64,000 nucleotides of DNA from Candidatus Poribacteria bacterium (GTDB lineage Bacteria > Poribacteria > WGA-4E > WGA-3G), in assembly GCA_963665235.2 (NCBI GenBank), contig CAXXLX010000001.1:1312001-1376000 (forward strand), read 5' to 3'. Shown here piece by piece: positions 37,845 through 47,403 of the stretch (position 1 is its first letter; each line of letters begins with the position of its first letter). The notes beneath the pieces are model-generated. The model did no database searches. It was not told where the DNA came from and saw nothing but the letters and a program-made list of their open reading frames with translations. The position numbers and the translations under genes are program-made.

Positions 37845-37970
37845 GCTGGCTATTGGCTTATGGCTTATAGCAAATGGCAAGAGGAAGAAACAAAGAGAAC
37901 GCTTATATTTCTTGCTAATTGCTAATCGCCAACTGCTAATTGCCAATGAGCTAATCGCCAATCGCCAAAT
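37845..37970. repeat. Heptamer-armed inverted-repeat element between rplJ and rplL
   Basis: (tggctat/tggctta)n..gcaaga ... tcttgc..(taattgc/taatcgc/caatcgc)n. Confidence 0.75.
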
Positions 37971-37987
37971 TGAAAGGATTGAAAAAC

Positions 37988-38380
37988 ATGGCAAACATAG
38001 AACAATTGATTGATGAAATCAGTAATATGACCGTTTTGGAACTCTCCGAATTGGTCAAAGCGTTAGAGGACAAATTCGGTGTCAGTGCTGCCGCAGCACC
38101 CGCAATCGCGGTGCCGGGAGCGGTCGCAGCTGCGGCCCCAGAAGAAGCCGCTGCGGAAGCGGAAGAAAAAACCGAATTTGATGTGCAACTCAAGGAATTT
38201 GGTGCCCAGAAAATTCCGGTTATCAAAGAGGTCCGCGCCCTTACCGGCCTCGGCTTAAAGGAAGCCAAGGAAAAGGTTGAAGCAGCCCCGGTCGTCATTC
38301 AAGAGGGTATCAGCAAAGAGGATGCGGAAAAAAGTAAAGAACGGCTTGAAGAACTTGGTGCTGTCGTCGAAATCGTCTAA
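37988..38380 (+). CDS. rplL: 50S ribosomal protein L7/L12
   Basis: [34 protein letters not shown]. Confidence 0.98.
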   Translation: MANIEQLIDEISNMTVLELSELVKALEDKFGVSAAAAPAIAVPGAVAAAAPEEAAAEAEEKTEFDVQLKEFGAQKIPVIKEVRALTGLGLKEAKEKVEAAPVVIQEGISKEDAEKSKERLEELGAVVEIV

Positions 38381-38412
38381 CCTCACCTATCAACATCAAA
38401 CGCTCGTCTAAA

Positions 38413-38455
38413 AGAAACCCATTATGGTTCACCAGCTATAATGGGTCTTCTTTTA
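38413..38455 (+). terminator. Intrinsic terminator after rplL
   Basis: Stem acccattat/ataatgggt followed by cttctttt. Confidence 0.7.
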
Positions 38456-38516
38456 TATCACATTTGAAAACGCGGCGCCACGCCCCCATTTTCGGAGGAG
38501 ACTTCACTAAGCGACC

Positions 38517-39362
38517 ATGTTTAGTATCGTTGACGTTTTTTATCTCGTTTTCAGCCAATTGGCAGTAGGTGGATTCGGTATCCTTCTAATGATACCGAAA
38601 GGGGTAGTCGGCGCGAACTATTATCGCTTGATGGGGGGCATCTATCTCCTTGTTAGCGGTTTAGCCCGTTGCGCGAACCTCTCTTTCCATAAACAGGCTG
38701 TCACCTTTCGCAATTTTTTCGGATTTTTACCGGACATTGAATCTATTTTGCTCCTCAGCTTTGTTCTACTTGTCTTTGCCTATACGCTCAGTTGGTGGTT
38801 TAAAGGGGGGTGGGTTAGACAGCTCCTGTTTTTCGGCGGGATGCTCAGTGGGATTGCCTGGGTTTGTTTCAGCACCCCACGTTACCTTGAAGTTGTTCAA
38901 TTTCCCGGTGAGATGTTCCTTGTCCCGCTCCAGTTCTTGACAGCAGCTCTTCTGCTCGGCACAGTTCACAGTGGGATGTGGTTTGGGCACTGGTACCTCG
39001 TGGTTCCCGAATTGCCGGTAGCGTATTTACGGCGGTTTAATACCGTTCTGCTTTACAGCCTTTTAGGGATGACCTTTCTTTTATGCCTCAATATATTTTT
39101 TAGATGGCAATCTGCTGAGGATGTTGTTCCTTTTAACCTTTTTTATGGACTTATCCTCGGCATGCGTGTTGGTATTGGGCTCGGTGGGACGTTGTTTCTC
39201 TATTTTATTAGCTGGGATTGTTTACGTCCTAAATCGGTTGCCCGCGACGAACTCGGTGCGACCCGTGCGGCGACCGGCTTCCTATTTATCGCTATCATTA
39301 CGGTGTTTATAGGTGAGTTTTGCAGTCGCCTACTGTTTTTTGAAATGCAGTTTATATTTTAA
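38517..39362 (+). CDS. Polytopic membrane protein (about 8 TM) of unknown function
   Basis: Multiple TM segments; motifs GMWFGHWYL and AATG..GE. Confidence 0.7.
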   Translation: MFSIVDVFYLVFSQLAVGGFGILLMIPKGVVGANYYRLMGGIYLLVSGLARCANLSFHKQAVTFRNFFGFLPDIESILLLSFVLLVFAYTLSWWFKGGWVRQLLFFGGMLSGIAWVCFSTPRYLEVVQFPGEMFLVPLQFLTAALLLGTVHSGMWFGHWYLVVPELPVAYLRRFNTVLLYSLLGMTFLLCLNIFFRWQSAEDVVPFNLFYGLILGMRVGIGLGGTLFLYFISWDCLRPKSVARDELGATRAATGFLFIAIITVFIGEFCSRLLFFEMQFIF

Positions 39363-39461
39363 TGGCTATTGGCTATTGGCTATTAGCAATTAGCAATTAG
39401 CAAGATGTTGTGATTCTAAGCAGATTTCTGACGCGCGTCAGAGACCTCTTTCTCTTGCTAG
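39362..39461. repeat. Heptamer-armed element (tggctat)x3 (tagcaat)x2
   Basis: Followed by agcaaga ... tcttgct. Confidence 0.75.
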
Positions 39462-39585
39462 AAAAGGACTATAGTTTGGACAATTTCTGTGGGCCTGATA
39501 CCCAATTTTCAAAGCATTTCTCATTTTTCTCTAAGTTCCTCACACAAGGACAAATAGGAGAAAAATAGGATAGGATGCGCGAAAA

Positions 39586-39917
39586 CGCAGCCCCAGCGGG
39601 GCGACATGTTTATAGCAAACCCAAACAAAACAGAAGCTAGCCCCATCGGGGCGGAATGTTTATAGACTACACAACCCCCTCTTTTCCCGCGTTCTCTGTG
39701 TCCTCCGCGATAATCCGCGATTTGCGGCGTACTCGCCCAAATGCGACGTGCATTCAGACAACCCACGCGAAATCCCTTTTCCACCCTTCCCCTCTTCTAC
39801 CCCTCCATCCTTCCACCCTTCCCCTCTTCCATTCTTCCCCTCTTCCCCTCTTCCATCCTTCCATCCTTCCCCCCTTCCATCCTTCCACCTATCATAGTAC
39901 AAAAACTTTACACACCC
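39586..39917 (-). repeat. Second, inverted copy of the composite dispersed repeat, ending in the 21-bp motif
   Basis: 51-bp core identical to 11961-12011; pyrimidine tract; gtacaaaaactttacacaccc at 39897-39917. Confidence 0.85.
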
Positions 39918-39993
39918 CCGCCAATTAAATTTCCTTGTCAATTAAATAAAAATATGCTAAACTAATAGTATTCATTAAATAAGGAGGCACATA

Positions 39994-41064
39994 ATGAAAT
40001 CTCAAATTTTCTATGAACCTGAATCCATGAGCCTCGAGGACCGGCCCGTACCGGAAGCTAGTGATACTGACCTATTAGTTGAGGTCCGGTCGGTAGGCAT
40101 CTGCGGTTCGGATGTTGCTTACTATTTCGGCAATAGTTCCCTTGAAACCGACGACGGCAAAGGCCCACTTATCCTCGGGCACGAATTTACCGGTGAAGTG
40201 GTAGCGGTGGGAAGTGTAGCTAGAACAACAGGCGGCTTTAAAGTCGGCGACCGGGTTGTAGTGAATCCTGTGCAATCGAACCCAGATTCTTTTTGGAGTC
40301 AGAGAGGATTGTCCAACCTATGTCCTGAAAAGCGCGTTTTAGGGGTAGGCGTTGATGGCGGTTTCGCTGAATACGCTGTCTCCGATTACCGCTGGACAGT
40401 CAAACTGCCCGACAACGTCACTTATGACCAAGGCGCACTAACTGAACCGCTTGCCTGCGGCTTATATGCTGTCAACAACCTCAACGCTGAAGAGGGGCAG
40501 ACCGCCGTAGTCTTCGGCCCCGGGCCTATCGGTTTGATGATGGTTCAAGTGCTAAAAAGCCGGGGTTTGAAGAACGTCCTGCTTGTCGGAACGCGCGACT
40601 ATCGATTGGAATGTGGAAAGGAGCTCGGCGCAGATGTTATCGTCAACGTCAAGGATACCAGCTCACCACACTACGTCCAAGACCTCGGCGAAGCAATTCA
40701 GGATATCAATAACGGTGAACTAGCGGACCGCGCCATTACGGCTACCAGTTCCCTAGATGCAATTCACACTGCACTTGAGGTTACAGGAAGGCACGCTACC
40801 GTCGTTATCTTTGGGCTCCCAGGCGATGAAGATGTTATGGAGGTTCCGATCCTTGACACTATCCTTATGGACAAGACTATCAGATTCTCCTGGCTCGCCC
40901 CAAATACTTGGGAAGAAGCCGTGCAACTCATCTCTAGTGGCGATGTCGACATGGATACCATCATCAGCCATGAATTCCCACTGGAATCGCTTGTTGAAGG
41001 AATTACAAAGGTACGAAACCGCGAGGATAACTGCACGAAAGGGTTAATTAAAGTCTCTGATTAA
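39994..41064 (+). CDS. Zinc-dependent dehydrogenase (MDR family, lacking the structural Zn cysteines)
   Basis: GICGSD, GHE, GPGPIG. Confidence 0.9.
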   Translation: MKSQIFYEPESMSLEDRPVPEASDTDLLVEVRSVGICGSDVAYYFGNSSLETDDGKGPLILGHEFTGEVVAVGSVARTTGGFKVGDRVVVNPVQSNPDSFWSQRGLSNLCPEKRVLGVGVDGGFAEYAVSDYRWTVKLPDNVTYDQGALTEPLACGLYAVNNLNAEEGQTAVVFGPGPIGLMMVQVLKSRGLKNVLLVGTRDYRLECGKELGADVIVNVKDTSSPHYVQDLGEAIQDINNGELADRAITATSSLDAIHTALEVTGRHATVVIFGLPGDEDVMEVPILDTILMDKTIRFSWLAPNTWEEAVQLISSGDVDMDTIISHEFPLESLVEGITKVRNREDNCTKGLIKVSD

Positions 41065-41080
41065 CTTCGGTACATAAGCA

Positions 41081-41425
41081 ATGGGTATCCCATTTTTTAC
41101 TGTCTTTATCCTTTCAATTGCTTTTTTATCACTCGGAATTACAGGGTGGGGGGACTTCGTTTCGGTGGAGTGGCCCGGACAGGACTCCCTCGAGACCACT
41201 CAAAACGACATCGCTGTCACCCCTTACCTGTCCTTGAAACTTGATTATTGGGCGATGGGACGGTGCTTCATCGGTTTTCTACTATTTTTGGTAAGTCTTT
41301 ATCTCATGGGGTTTTTTCTCTATCTTGAAGAACGCGAAAGCGGCAGGATAATGAAAAATGTGAAAAGCTTTGCGAAATTAAGGCAGCTCCTAGAACGACA
41401 TCAGAACCGGGATACTTCACCATGA
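41081..41425 (+). CDS. Hypothetical membrane protein
   Basis: Two hydrophobic segments; lies in an operon context. Confidence 0.5.
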   Translation: MGIPFFTVFILSIAFLSLGITGWGDFVSVEWPGQDSLETTQNDIAVTPYLSLKLDYWAMGRCFIGFLLFLVSLYLMGFFLYLEERESGRIMKNVKSFAKLRQLLERHQNRDTSP

Positions 41426-41435
41426 AACTTTTATC

Positions 41436-42524
41436 ATGACAGAAATGGCACAGCAATTAAAAAATGATCTTCTTCTTCGCGCCGCGAAATACCGACCTGT
41501 GGAACGCGTACCTGTATGGATGATGCGACAGGCGGGCCGCTCGGACCCGCTCTATCGGCAAATTCGTGAAACGTGTAACCTTCCGTTGGAACGGCTTTTC
41601 CGAACCTGTCCCGCCCCGATGTCGGATACTGATGTGGAATGGGCAGTAAAAATTTCACTTCTGCCCAAACGTATCGGTGTAGACGGTATTATTGTATATA
41701 AAGATATTCTTACACCGCTCGCCCCTATGGGGGCACACTTCCGATTTTTACCCGGTCCCATTCTGAATCCCCCGATACGGACGCAAGCGCAAGTAGACGC
41801 ATTATGCCCACTAGATGAACCCCCTGTACAATTAGAGTACACAGGAGCGGTTATTCACAAGCTTCGTGAAACATTGGCTGGCGACCTACCGCTTATCGGT
41901 TTCGCGGGCGCGCCTTTAACGCTCGCTTTTTTTCTCATAGCGGGGGAAAGTCCTATGAAAAGGGGGCGCGAAATATCCGATAAAGCAACGCCTATTTTGG
42001 AAATGATGACTGAGGCACCGGCCCTTCTGCATCAGCTATTAGATAAGTTGACCGACATGACAATTAACTATCTGAATTACCAGCTCAGCAAGGGGGTGCA
42101 GATTGTGCAGCTATTTGAGTCCATCGCTGATGTGCTATCGCGGCAGATGTATGAAAATTTTGCCCTGCCGTACCACCAACGCATCTTTGCAGAACTCCCA
42201 GAGGCGGCTCCCAGCATTCTCTTCGCGAAGGAGTGCCCTTATGTGGATTTAATGGCCCGCAGCGGTGCAAGTGTCCTCAGTATCGGCAAATGTGTCAATC
42301 TCCAAAAAGCCAAAACGGAAATAGGTAAAGGTATCGCATTTCAAGGAAATGTGGATAACGATATCCTTCGAGATGGCACATGTGACGATATAACGGAGGC
42401 TGTCCGCACGTGTCTGAAGCAGGGGGAAGGAATAGGGCACATTCTCAATCTCAGCCACGGTCTTCACAGAGATACACCTTTTGAAAACGTTAAACATTTC
42501 GTCCACATCGCAAAGACGCTATAG
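41436..42524 (+). CDS. hemE: Uroporphyrinogen decarboxylase
   Basis: PVWMMRQAGR, LIGFAGAP, NLSHG. Confidence 0.95.
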   Translation: MTEMAQQLKNDLLLRAAKYRPVERVPVWMMRQAGRSDPLYRQIRETCNLPLERLFRTCPAPMSDTDVEWAVKISLLPKRIGVDGIIVYKDILTPLAPMGAHFRFLPGPILNPPIRTQAQVDALCPLDEPPVQLEYTGAVIHKLRETLAGDLPLIGFAGAPLTLAFFLIAGESPMKRGREISDKATPILEMMTEAPALLHQLLDKLTDMTINYLNYQLSKGVQIVQLFESIADVLSRQMYENFALPYHQRIFAELPEAAPSILFAKECPYVDLMARSGASVLSIGKCVNLQKAKTEIGKGIAFQGNVDNDILRDGTCDDITEAVRTCLKQGEGIGHILNLSHGLHRDTPFENVKHFVHIAKTL

Positions 42525-42537
42525 GATAAAGAATATA

Positions 42538-43983
42538 ATGCAAAACCCTTTCGCGCCACGCCAATATGGTCAACTTGTTAAGGTAACAGAGCGGGTCTAC
42601 CTGTTTCGCAATATTGTTAACTCTTCTATTGTTATCGGAGATAGCGGTGTTGCTGTAATTGATACACAGGTAAACCAAATGATGGCGAAACGGCTGCTTC
42701 ACGCGATTCGGGACATCACAGATAAACCGATTCTCTATGCAATTAATACACATTATCACTGGGACCACACGAACGGAAACCTTATTTTTCAAGAGACGGG
42801 GGCAACTGTCGTCGCCCGCGAAATGACGAAAGATTTTATGGTCAACCGCGCACCTCGACAGGAAAATTTCCTACGGTCACGGGGGTTTACGCTTGGTGCT
42901 CCCCCGTTTCTGCCGCAGCAAACGTTCAAGCACGAAATGGAACTCAATTTAGGGAATCAACCGCTGCACCTAGTCAACTTAGGAAAGGCGGAAACAGATG
43001 ACGCAACGGCTATCAGAATTCCCGCAGAGGGGTGTATCGTTTCTGGCGACACAGTTATGACCGGCAGTTTTCCCATTTTTGGGCAACCTGTCATGAATGA
43101 AGGTCTTATGGCAAACCACGATTGGGTTAATACGATTCGCGAACTCCGAACGTATCAACCTGAACACGTCCTACCAGGGCACGGGCCCCTGGCACATGAC
43201 GCGGAAATCGACCTTTTACTCAAAATTGAAACCTATTTCCTTACAGAGGTACGAAAACGGGTTGAACAGGGGATGTCCTTAGCCGAATTGCTCGCCGACA
43301 TGGAAGCTAACATGCCGAACTGGATTAGAGACATAGCGGAAGTTTGGGGAACACCCCGCTATGCAATTCTACGGGTCTATCGAGGCTGTATCGACGAGGC
43401 AGAACCGGGATGGCAACATCTCAAACCCTCGGCTATTCCGACAGCGGATACCGAAGTCCTACACAAACGGACACGAGAACTCAAAGACTTTGAGGCCTAT
43501 CGAGAAACGGCTGAAGAGGTGGCTGAAGGAAATGACTTCGGATTGGCTCTCGCTATTTTGAAGACCGCCACCGAAAAATTTCCTAACCTTCCGGAGGCCT
43601 GGACAGAATACGCGAATTTACTCACAAACGCTTCACGCACCGTGTCAAGTGTACTGGAAAAGGGGGATTTTTTCTATGAAGCAAAAAATGCCCTCAATAT
43701 CGCTCTCGAATTGAAAACCGACTACGCACCCGCACATCTTTTGCGCGGATACACCCAAATCCTAGCGGCATATCGAAATGGAGATGACCCAAAACCTGGG
43801 ATTGACTCCATATATAAGGCTCTCGTCAGCGGACTTAACGGCACACAACTCGCCCAAGCATACTTTGCTATCGGACTTGCACATCGCACAAATGGCGATG
43901 AACCCCTTGCACATCAAGCGTTTGAACAGGCACTCGCTGCTGACCCACGGTATATGCCGGCACAATTCGCGAAGGGGGCGTAA
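42538..43983 (+). CDS. Metallo-beta-lactamase-fold hydrolase with C-terminal TPR repeats
   Basis: THYHWDH, GD, PGHG; TPR-like helical C-terminal half. Confidence 0.85.
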   Translation: MQNPFAPRQYGQLVKVTERVYLFRNIVNSSIVIGDSGVAVIDTQVNQMMAKRLLHAIRDITDKPILYAINTHYHWDHTNGNLIFQETGATVVAREMTKDFMVNRAPRQENFLRSRGFTLGAPPFLPQQTFKHEMELNLGNQPLHLVNLGKAETDDATAIRIPAEGCIVSGDTVMTGSFPIFGQPVMNEGLMANHDWVNTIRELRTYQPEHVLPGHGPLAHDAEIDLLLKIETYFLTEVRKRVEQGMSLAELLADMEANMPNWIRDIAEVWGTPRYAILRVYRGCIDEAEPGWQHLKPSAIPTADTEVLHKRTRELKDFEAYRETAEEVAEGNDFGLALAILKTATEKFPNLPEAWTEYANLLTNASRTVSSVLEKGDFFYEAKNALNIALELKTDYAPAHLLRGYTQILAAYRNGDDPKPGIDSIYKALVSGLNGTQLAQAYFAIGLAHRTNGDEPLAHQAFEQALAADPRYMPAQFAKGA

Positions 43984-44005
43984 AATTTTGTCAATAGGAG
44001 AAGAA

Positions 44006-44947
44006 ATGAAATACGATAGTGTGTTATTAGTAGCATTTGGGGGACCGACCCCAGGCTGCTGTAAAAAATACGATACCGATGCATGCCCCGGCGAAGCCTA
44101 CTGTTTTGTAGAAGGCATTGCTGGCGAAGCAGAATCTCAAAAAGGGCGGGTCAAGGATATAGCGGGCCATTACATAAAGTTGGGCGGATTTTCACCTTTC
44201 AACGAATTAACCTTCAAACAGGCAAACGCACTACAAAACGCATTACGCACGCGCGACCTCCCGCTGCCTGTTTACGCCGGATTTCGGCATTGGGCCCCCT
44301 ATTTAAAGGAGGTCATCGCGGAGATGGCACAAAAAGGTCACCGTAAAATACTCGGCATTATCATGGCACCCCACCAATCTAAAGTCAGCTGGGAGTGGTA
44401 CCAAAAAACTGTCAGACAGGCGATTGATGCCATCGAGACAGAAAAACCGAGTGTTGATTACCTTGACCCTTGGTACACACACAACGGTTATGTCGGGGCA
44501 ATTGCTGAAATTATTAAGTCCGCCTGTGGCGACAAGTTAGAACGTGCCGAGCTCGTTTTCACCGCCCATGCAATTCCGCAAGCTGCAGCGGATAGCTCAC
44601 CTTACACACAACAGTTTCAGAAAACAGGTAAAGCGGTCGCAAAAGAGATAGGCAAAACACAGTTCGGATTTGCATATCAAAGCGAGGTCGAAAACAGCCC
44701 GGTGCCATGGACGCAACCCGATATCAACGATTGGCTTAAAGCGAAGAGTGCCGAAGGCGTTGACACCGTTGTCGCATCCCCCATCGGTTTCCTCTGTGAC
44801 CACGTCGAAGTGCTCTATGACCTAGATATAGAGGCGACAGAAACCGCGGAAGCATGTGGCATCGATTTTATTCGGGCTGGCACTGTCGGCGCACATCCTA
44901 AATTTATTAACATGTTAGCAGATTTTGTCCATGAAAAATCTTCATAA
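44006..44947 (+). CDS. hemH: Ferrochelatase
   Basis: FGGP, GGFSP, FTAHAIP, W..P, GFLCDHVEVLYDLD. Confidence 0.95.
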   Translation: MKYDSVLLVAFGGPTPGCCKKYDTDACPGEAYCFVEGIAGEAESQKGRVKDIAGHYIKLGGFSPFNELTFKQANALQNALRTRDLPLPVYAGFRHWAPYLKEVIAEMAQKGHRKILGIIMAPHQSKVSWEWYQKTVRQAIDAIETEKPSVDYLDPWYTHNGYVGAIAEIIKSACGDKLERAELVFTAHAIPQAAADSSPYTQQFQKTGKAVAKEIGKTQFGFAYQSEVENSPVPWTQPDINDWLKAKSAEGVDTVVASPIGFLCDHVEVLYDLDIEATETAEACGIDFIRAGTVGAHPKFINMLADFVHEKSS

Positions 44948-44958
44948 GGTGTTAGGTA

Positions 44959-46383
44959 ATGGAATCTGAAAAAAAACGTGCCATCGTTATCGGCGGTGGG
45001 ATTACAGGATTAACTGCCGGGTACCGTCTCATGCGGGAAGCGAAAAAACGGAATATCCCCCTTAAACTCACGCTCCTTGAAGCGAGCAACCGAGTCGGCG
45101 GCACTATTCAGACCGAACACAGAGATGGATTCGTCATCGAACACGGGCCCGATGCATTCATCTCTACAAAACCCTGGGCGAAAGCCTTATGTGATGAACT
45201 CGGTATCGCGGACAAATTAATAGGCACAAATCCGAACGTGCGCCAAAGTTTTGTCTGCCGTAACGGAAAACTGCTACCGGTACCCAAAGGCTTTTACATG
45301 ATGGCACCCGGCGCATTTTTACCCTTTTTAAAAAGCCCTATTTTCAGTTGGCGTGGAAAACTCCGTATATCGCTTGACCTCTTTATCTCACGTCGACAGG
45401 AGATAGATGATGAATCGGTGGCTGATTTTGTGAGACGTAGACTCGGCACCGAGGCGTTCGAACGGATAGCACAACCGATGATAGGCGGAATCTATACCTC
45501 AGACGCAGAAAATTTAAGTCTAAACGCAACGTTTCCGAGGTTTCTGGAAATGGAACAGGAACACGGAAGTATCATCAAAGCACTCCTAGCACGAAAACGC
45601 AGTGCCACTCAGACAAACCAAGACACTAGCGGGCCCCGCTACAGCCTCTTCCTATCGTTTGCCTCCGGAATGCAGACGCTCGTTGACGCACTCGCGGAAC
45701 ACCTCACTGAACAGATTCGGCTCGGTACCCGCGTGGACACTATCCAACGCGGAGAAAGCGGCATAGGATGGCGTGTCGCCGTGGCGGATGGTGAAATATT
45801 GGAGGCGGAACTGCTCTGCATTGCGCTTCCCGCACCGCAGGCAAGTAGAATCCTGAAAAGTACGTCTCCACTGCTTGCTGAAAAACTGAACGCAATTCCA
45901 TATTCCTCCTCTACAACGGTTAATCTAGCATTCCACCGCGAAGACATCGCACACGCGCTCAACGGGATGGGATTCGTGGTGCCCATAACAGAACAAATTG
46001 ACCTTATCGGCTGTTCGTTTAGCAGCGTCAAATTTGAAAACCGCGCCCCTGCCCAATACGTTTTGCTACGGGCTTTTGTAGGAGAAAAACAGGACCTTAC
46101 CAGCAGTAGACCGGACCAAGAAACGTTGGCAGCATCGGTATTACAGGATGTGAGCAAACTCCTCGGAATTAAAAAACAACCGCTGTTCTCTATCGTTAGT
46201 CAACATTCGCAGGCTATGGCACAGTATTTGGTGGGACATCAAAAGATTGTAACGGAGATTGAAACCCTAGCAAAAGATTTGCATGGGATTGCTTTAGCAG
46301 GGAATGCATACCACGGTATCGGCATTCCGGATTGTGTTCACAGTGGTGAACAGGCGGCGGAGGCTCTTCTTAATAGTAGCTAA
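44959..46383 (+). CDS. hemY: Protoporphyrinogen/coproporphyrinogen oxidase (HemY)
   Basis: GGGITGL, EHGPDAF, SSVKFENRAP, GIGIPDC. Confidence 0.93.
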   Translation: MESEKKRAIVIGGGITGLTAGYRLMREAKKRNIPLKLTLLEASNRVGGTIQTEHRDGFVIEHGPDAFISTKPWAKALCDELGIADKLIGTNPNVRQSFVCRNGKLLPVPKGFYMMAPGAFLPFLKSPIFSWRGKLRISLDLFISRRQEIDDESVADFVRRRLGTEAFERIAQPMIGGIYTSDAENLSLNATFPRFLEMEQEHGSIIKALLARKRSATQTNQDTSGPRYSLFLSFASGMQTLVDALAEHLTEQIRLGTRVDTIQRGESGIGWRVAVADGEILEAELLCIALPAPQASRILKSTSPLLAEKLNAIPYSSSTTVNLAFHREDIAHALNGMGFVVPITEQIDLIGCSFSSVKFENRAPAQYVLLRAFVGEKQDLTSSRPDQETLAASVLQDVSKLLGIKKQPLFSIVSQHSQAMAQYLVGHQKIVTEIETLAKDLHGIALAGNAYHGIGIPDCVHSGEQAAEALLNSS

Positions 46384-46489
46384 TTACGCACGTAACGTAC
46401 AACGCAAATCTGACGTTTCATGTACACATTACGAATGACTTGACATCGTAAGTCCTGTCTGTTATACTACCATAAAAGAGGAGTCTATT

Positions 46490-46954
46490 TTGGAAAAGCA
46501 AACGCGTGTACCGATTCTTTCGGCAAATCCAACGTTGATAAGTTTAGAGATTATCATTATTTTCTGCACGACCGCCATCTATGCTATATTCGTGGGGCGA
46601 CATGTAGGGCCGAAAGAGGCTGAGACGATGGACGCAGTCATAGAGACTGTTGGCCCCGTTTCCGATTCTATATTGTTGATTATTATTAGCGTCGCTGCGC
46701 TATTTGAAATTGGAGGTGAACTGATGTTACGTTATACCGCAGTCCTTGCAAAAACACGAGCCGAAGGTAAAGCCGAAGGGATAGTCGAAGGTAAAGCCGA
46801 AGGGATAGTCGAAGGTAAAGCCGAAGGCAGAGCCGAGGTCTATAAAGAGTGGCGTGCTGACTGGGAGAGAAGACGACAGGAAGCACAAGTAAAAGGGATA
46901 CCCTTTAGCGAACCGCCGCCACCTAACCCCGAAACCAATAACCATAAACCCTGA
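46490..46954 (+). CDS. Membrane protein with a C-terminal (G[KIR][AV]E)n Rpn-like repeat tail
   Basis: TTG start after a GAGGAG RBS; promoter TTGACA..TATACT at 46440-46468; two TMs; 12-bp repeats. Confidence 0.65.
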   Translation: MEKQTRVPILSANPTLISLEIIIIFCTTAIYAIFVGRHVGPKEAETMDAVIETVGPVSDSILLIIISVAALFEIGGELMLRYTAVLAKTRAEGKAEGIVEGKAEGIVEGKAEGRAEVYKEWRADWERRRQEAQVKGIPFSEPPPPNPETNNHKP

Positions 46955-47067
46955 GCTAACGGGAAACCGCATTAACACTGGCGTTGCACGCGCGATGACT
47001 TCACCCGATTCTATATTGTTGATTATTATTAGCGTCGCTGCGCCATTTGAAATTTGGAGGTGAACCG

Positions 47068-47403
47068 ATGTTCCGTTATACAGCAGCCCTTGAAAGAGCA
47101 CGAGCAGAAGGCTGGGCAGAAGGGATAGCCGAAGGCAGAGCCGAAGGCAAAGCCGAAGGGATAGCCGAAGGCAGAGCCGAAGGCAGAGCCGAAGGCAGAG
47201 CCGAAATCAAAGCTAAGGCCAAGGCTTATCAAGAGTGGTATGCGGCAGGCAAAGCCGAAGGCAGAGCCGAGGTTTATCGAGAGTGGCGTGCTGACTGGGA
47301 GAGAAGACGACAGGAAGCACAAGAAAAAGGAATACCCTTTAGTGAACCGCCACCACCAAACCCCGGCATCTCAGCTAATTATTCAGATTCGGCAACGAAT
47401 TGA
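47068..47403 (+). CDS. Duplicated C-terminal repeat module with its own RBS
   Basis: GGAGGTG at 47056, ATG at 47068; paralogous to 46724-46954. Confidence 0.55.
   Translation: MFRYTAALERARAEGWAEGIAEGRAEGKAEGIAEGRAEGRAEGRAEIKAKAKAYQEWYAAGKAEGRAEVYREWRADWERRRQEAQEKGIPFSEPPPPNPGISANYSDSATN

Noticed and set aside
46447-46457. cgtaagtcctg as a MITE end
   Set aside because: No partner end lies nearby, and it sits in a promoter spacer, so it is likely chance.
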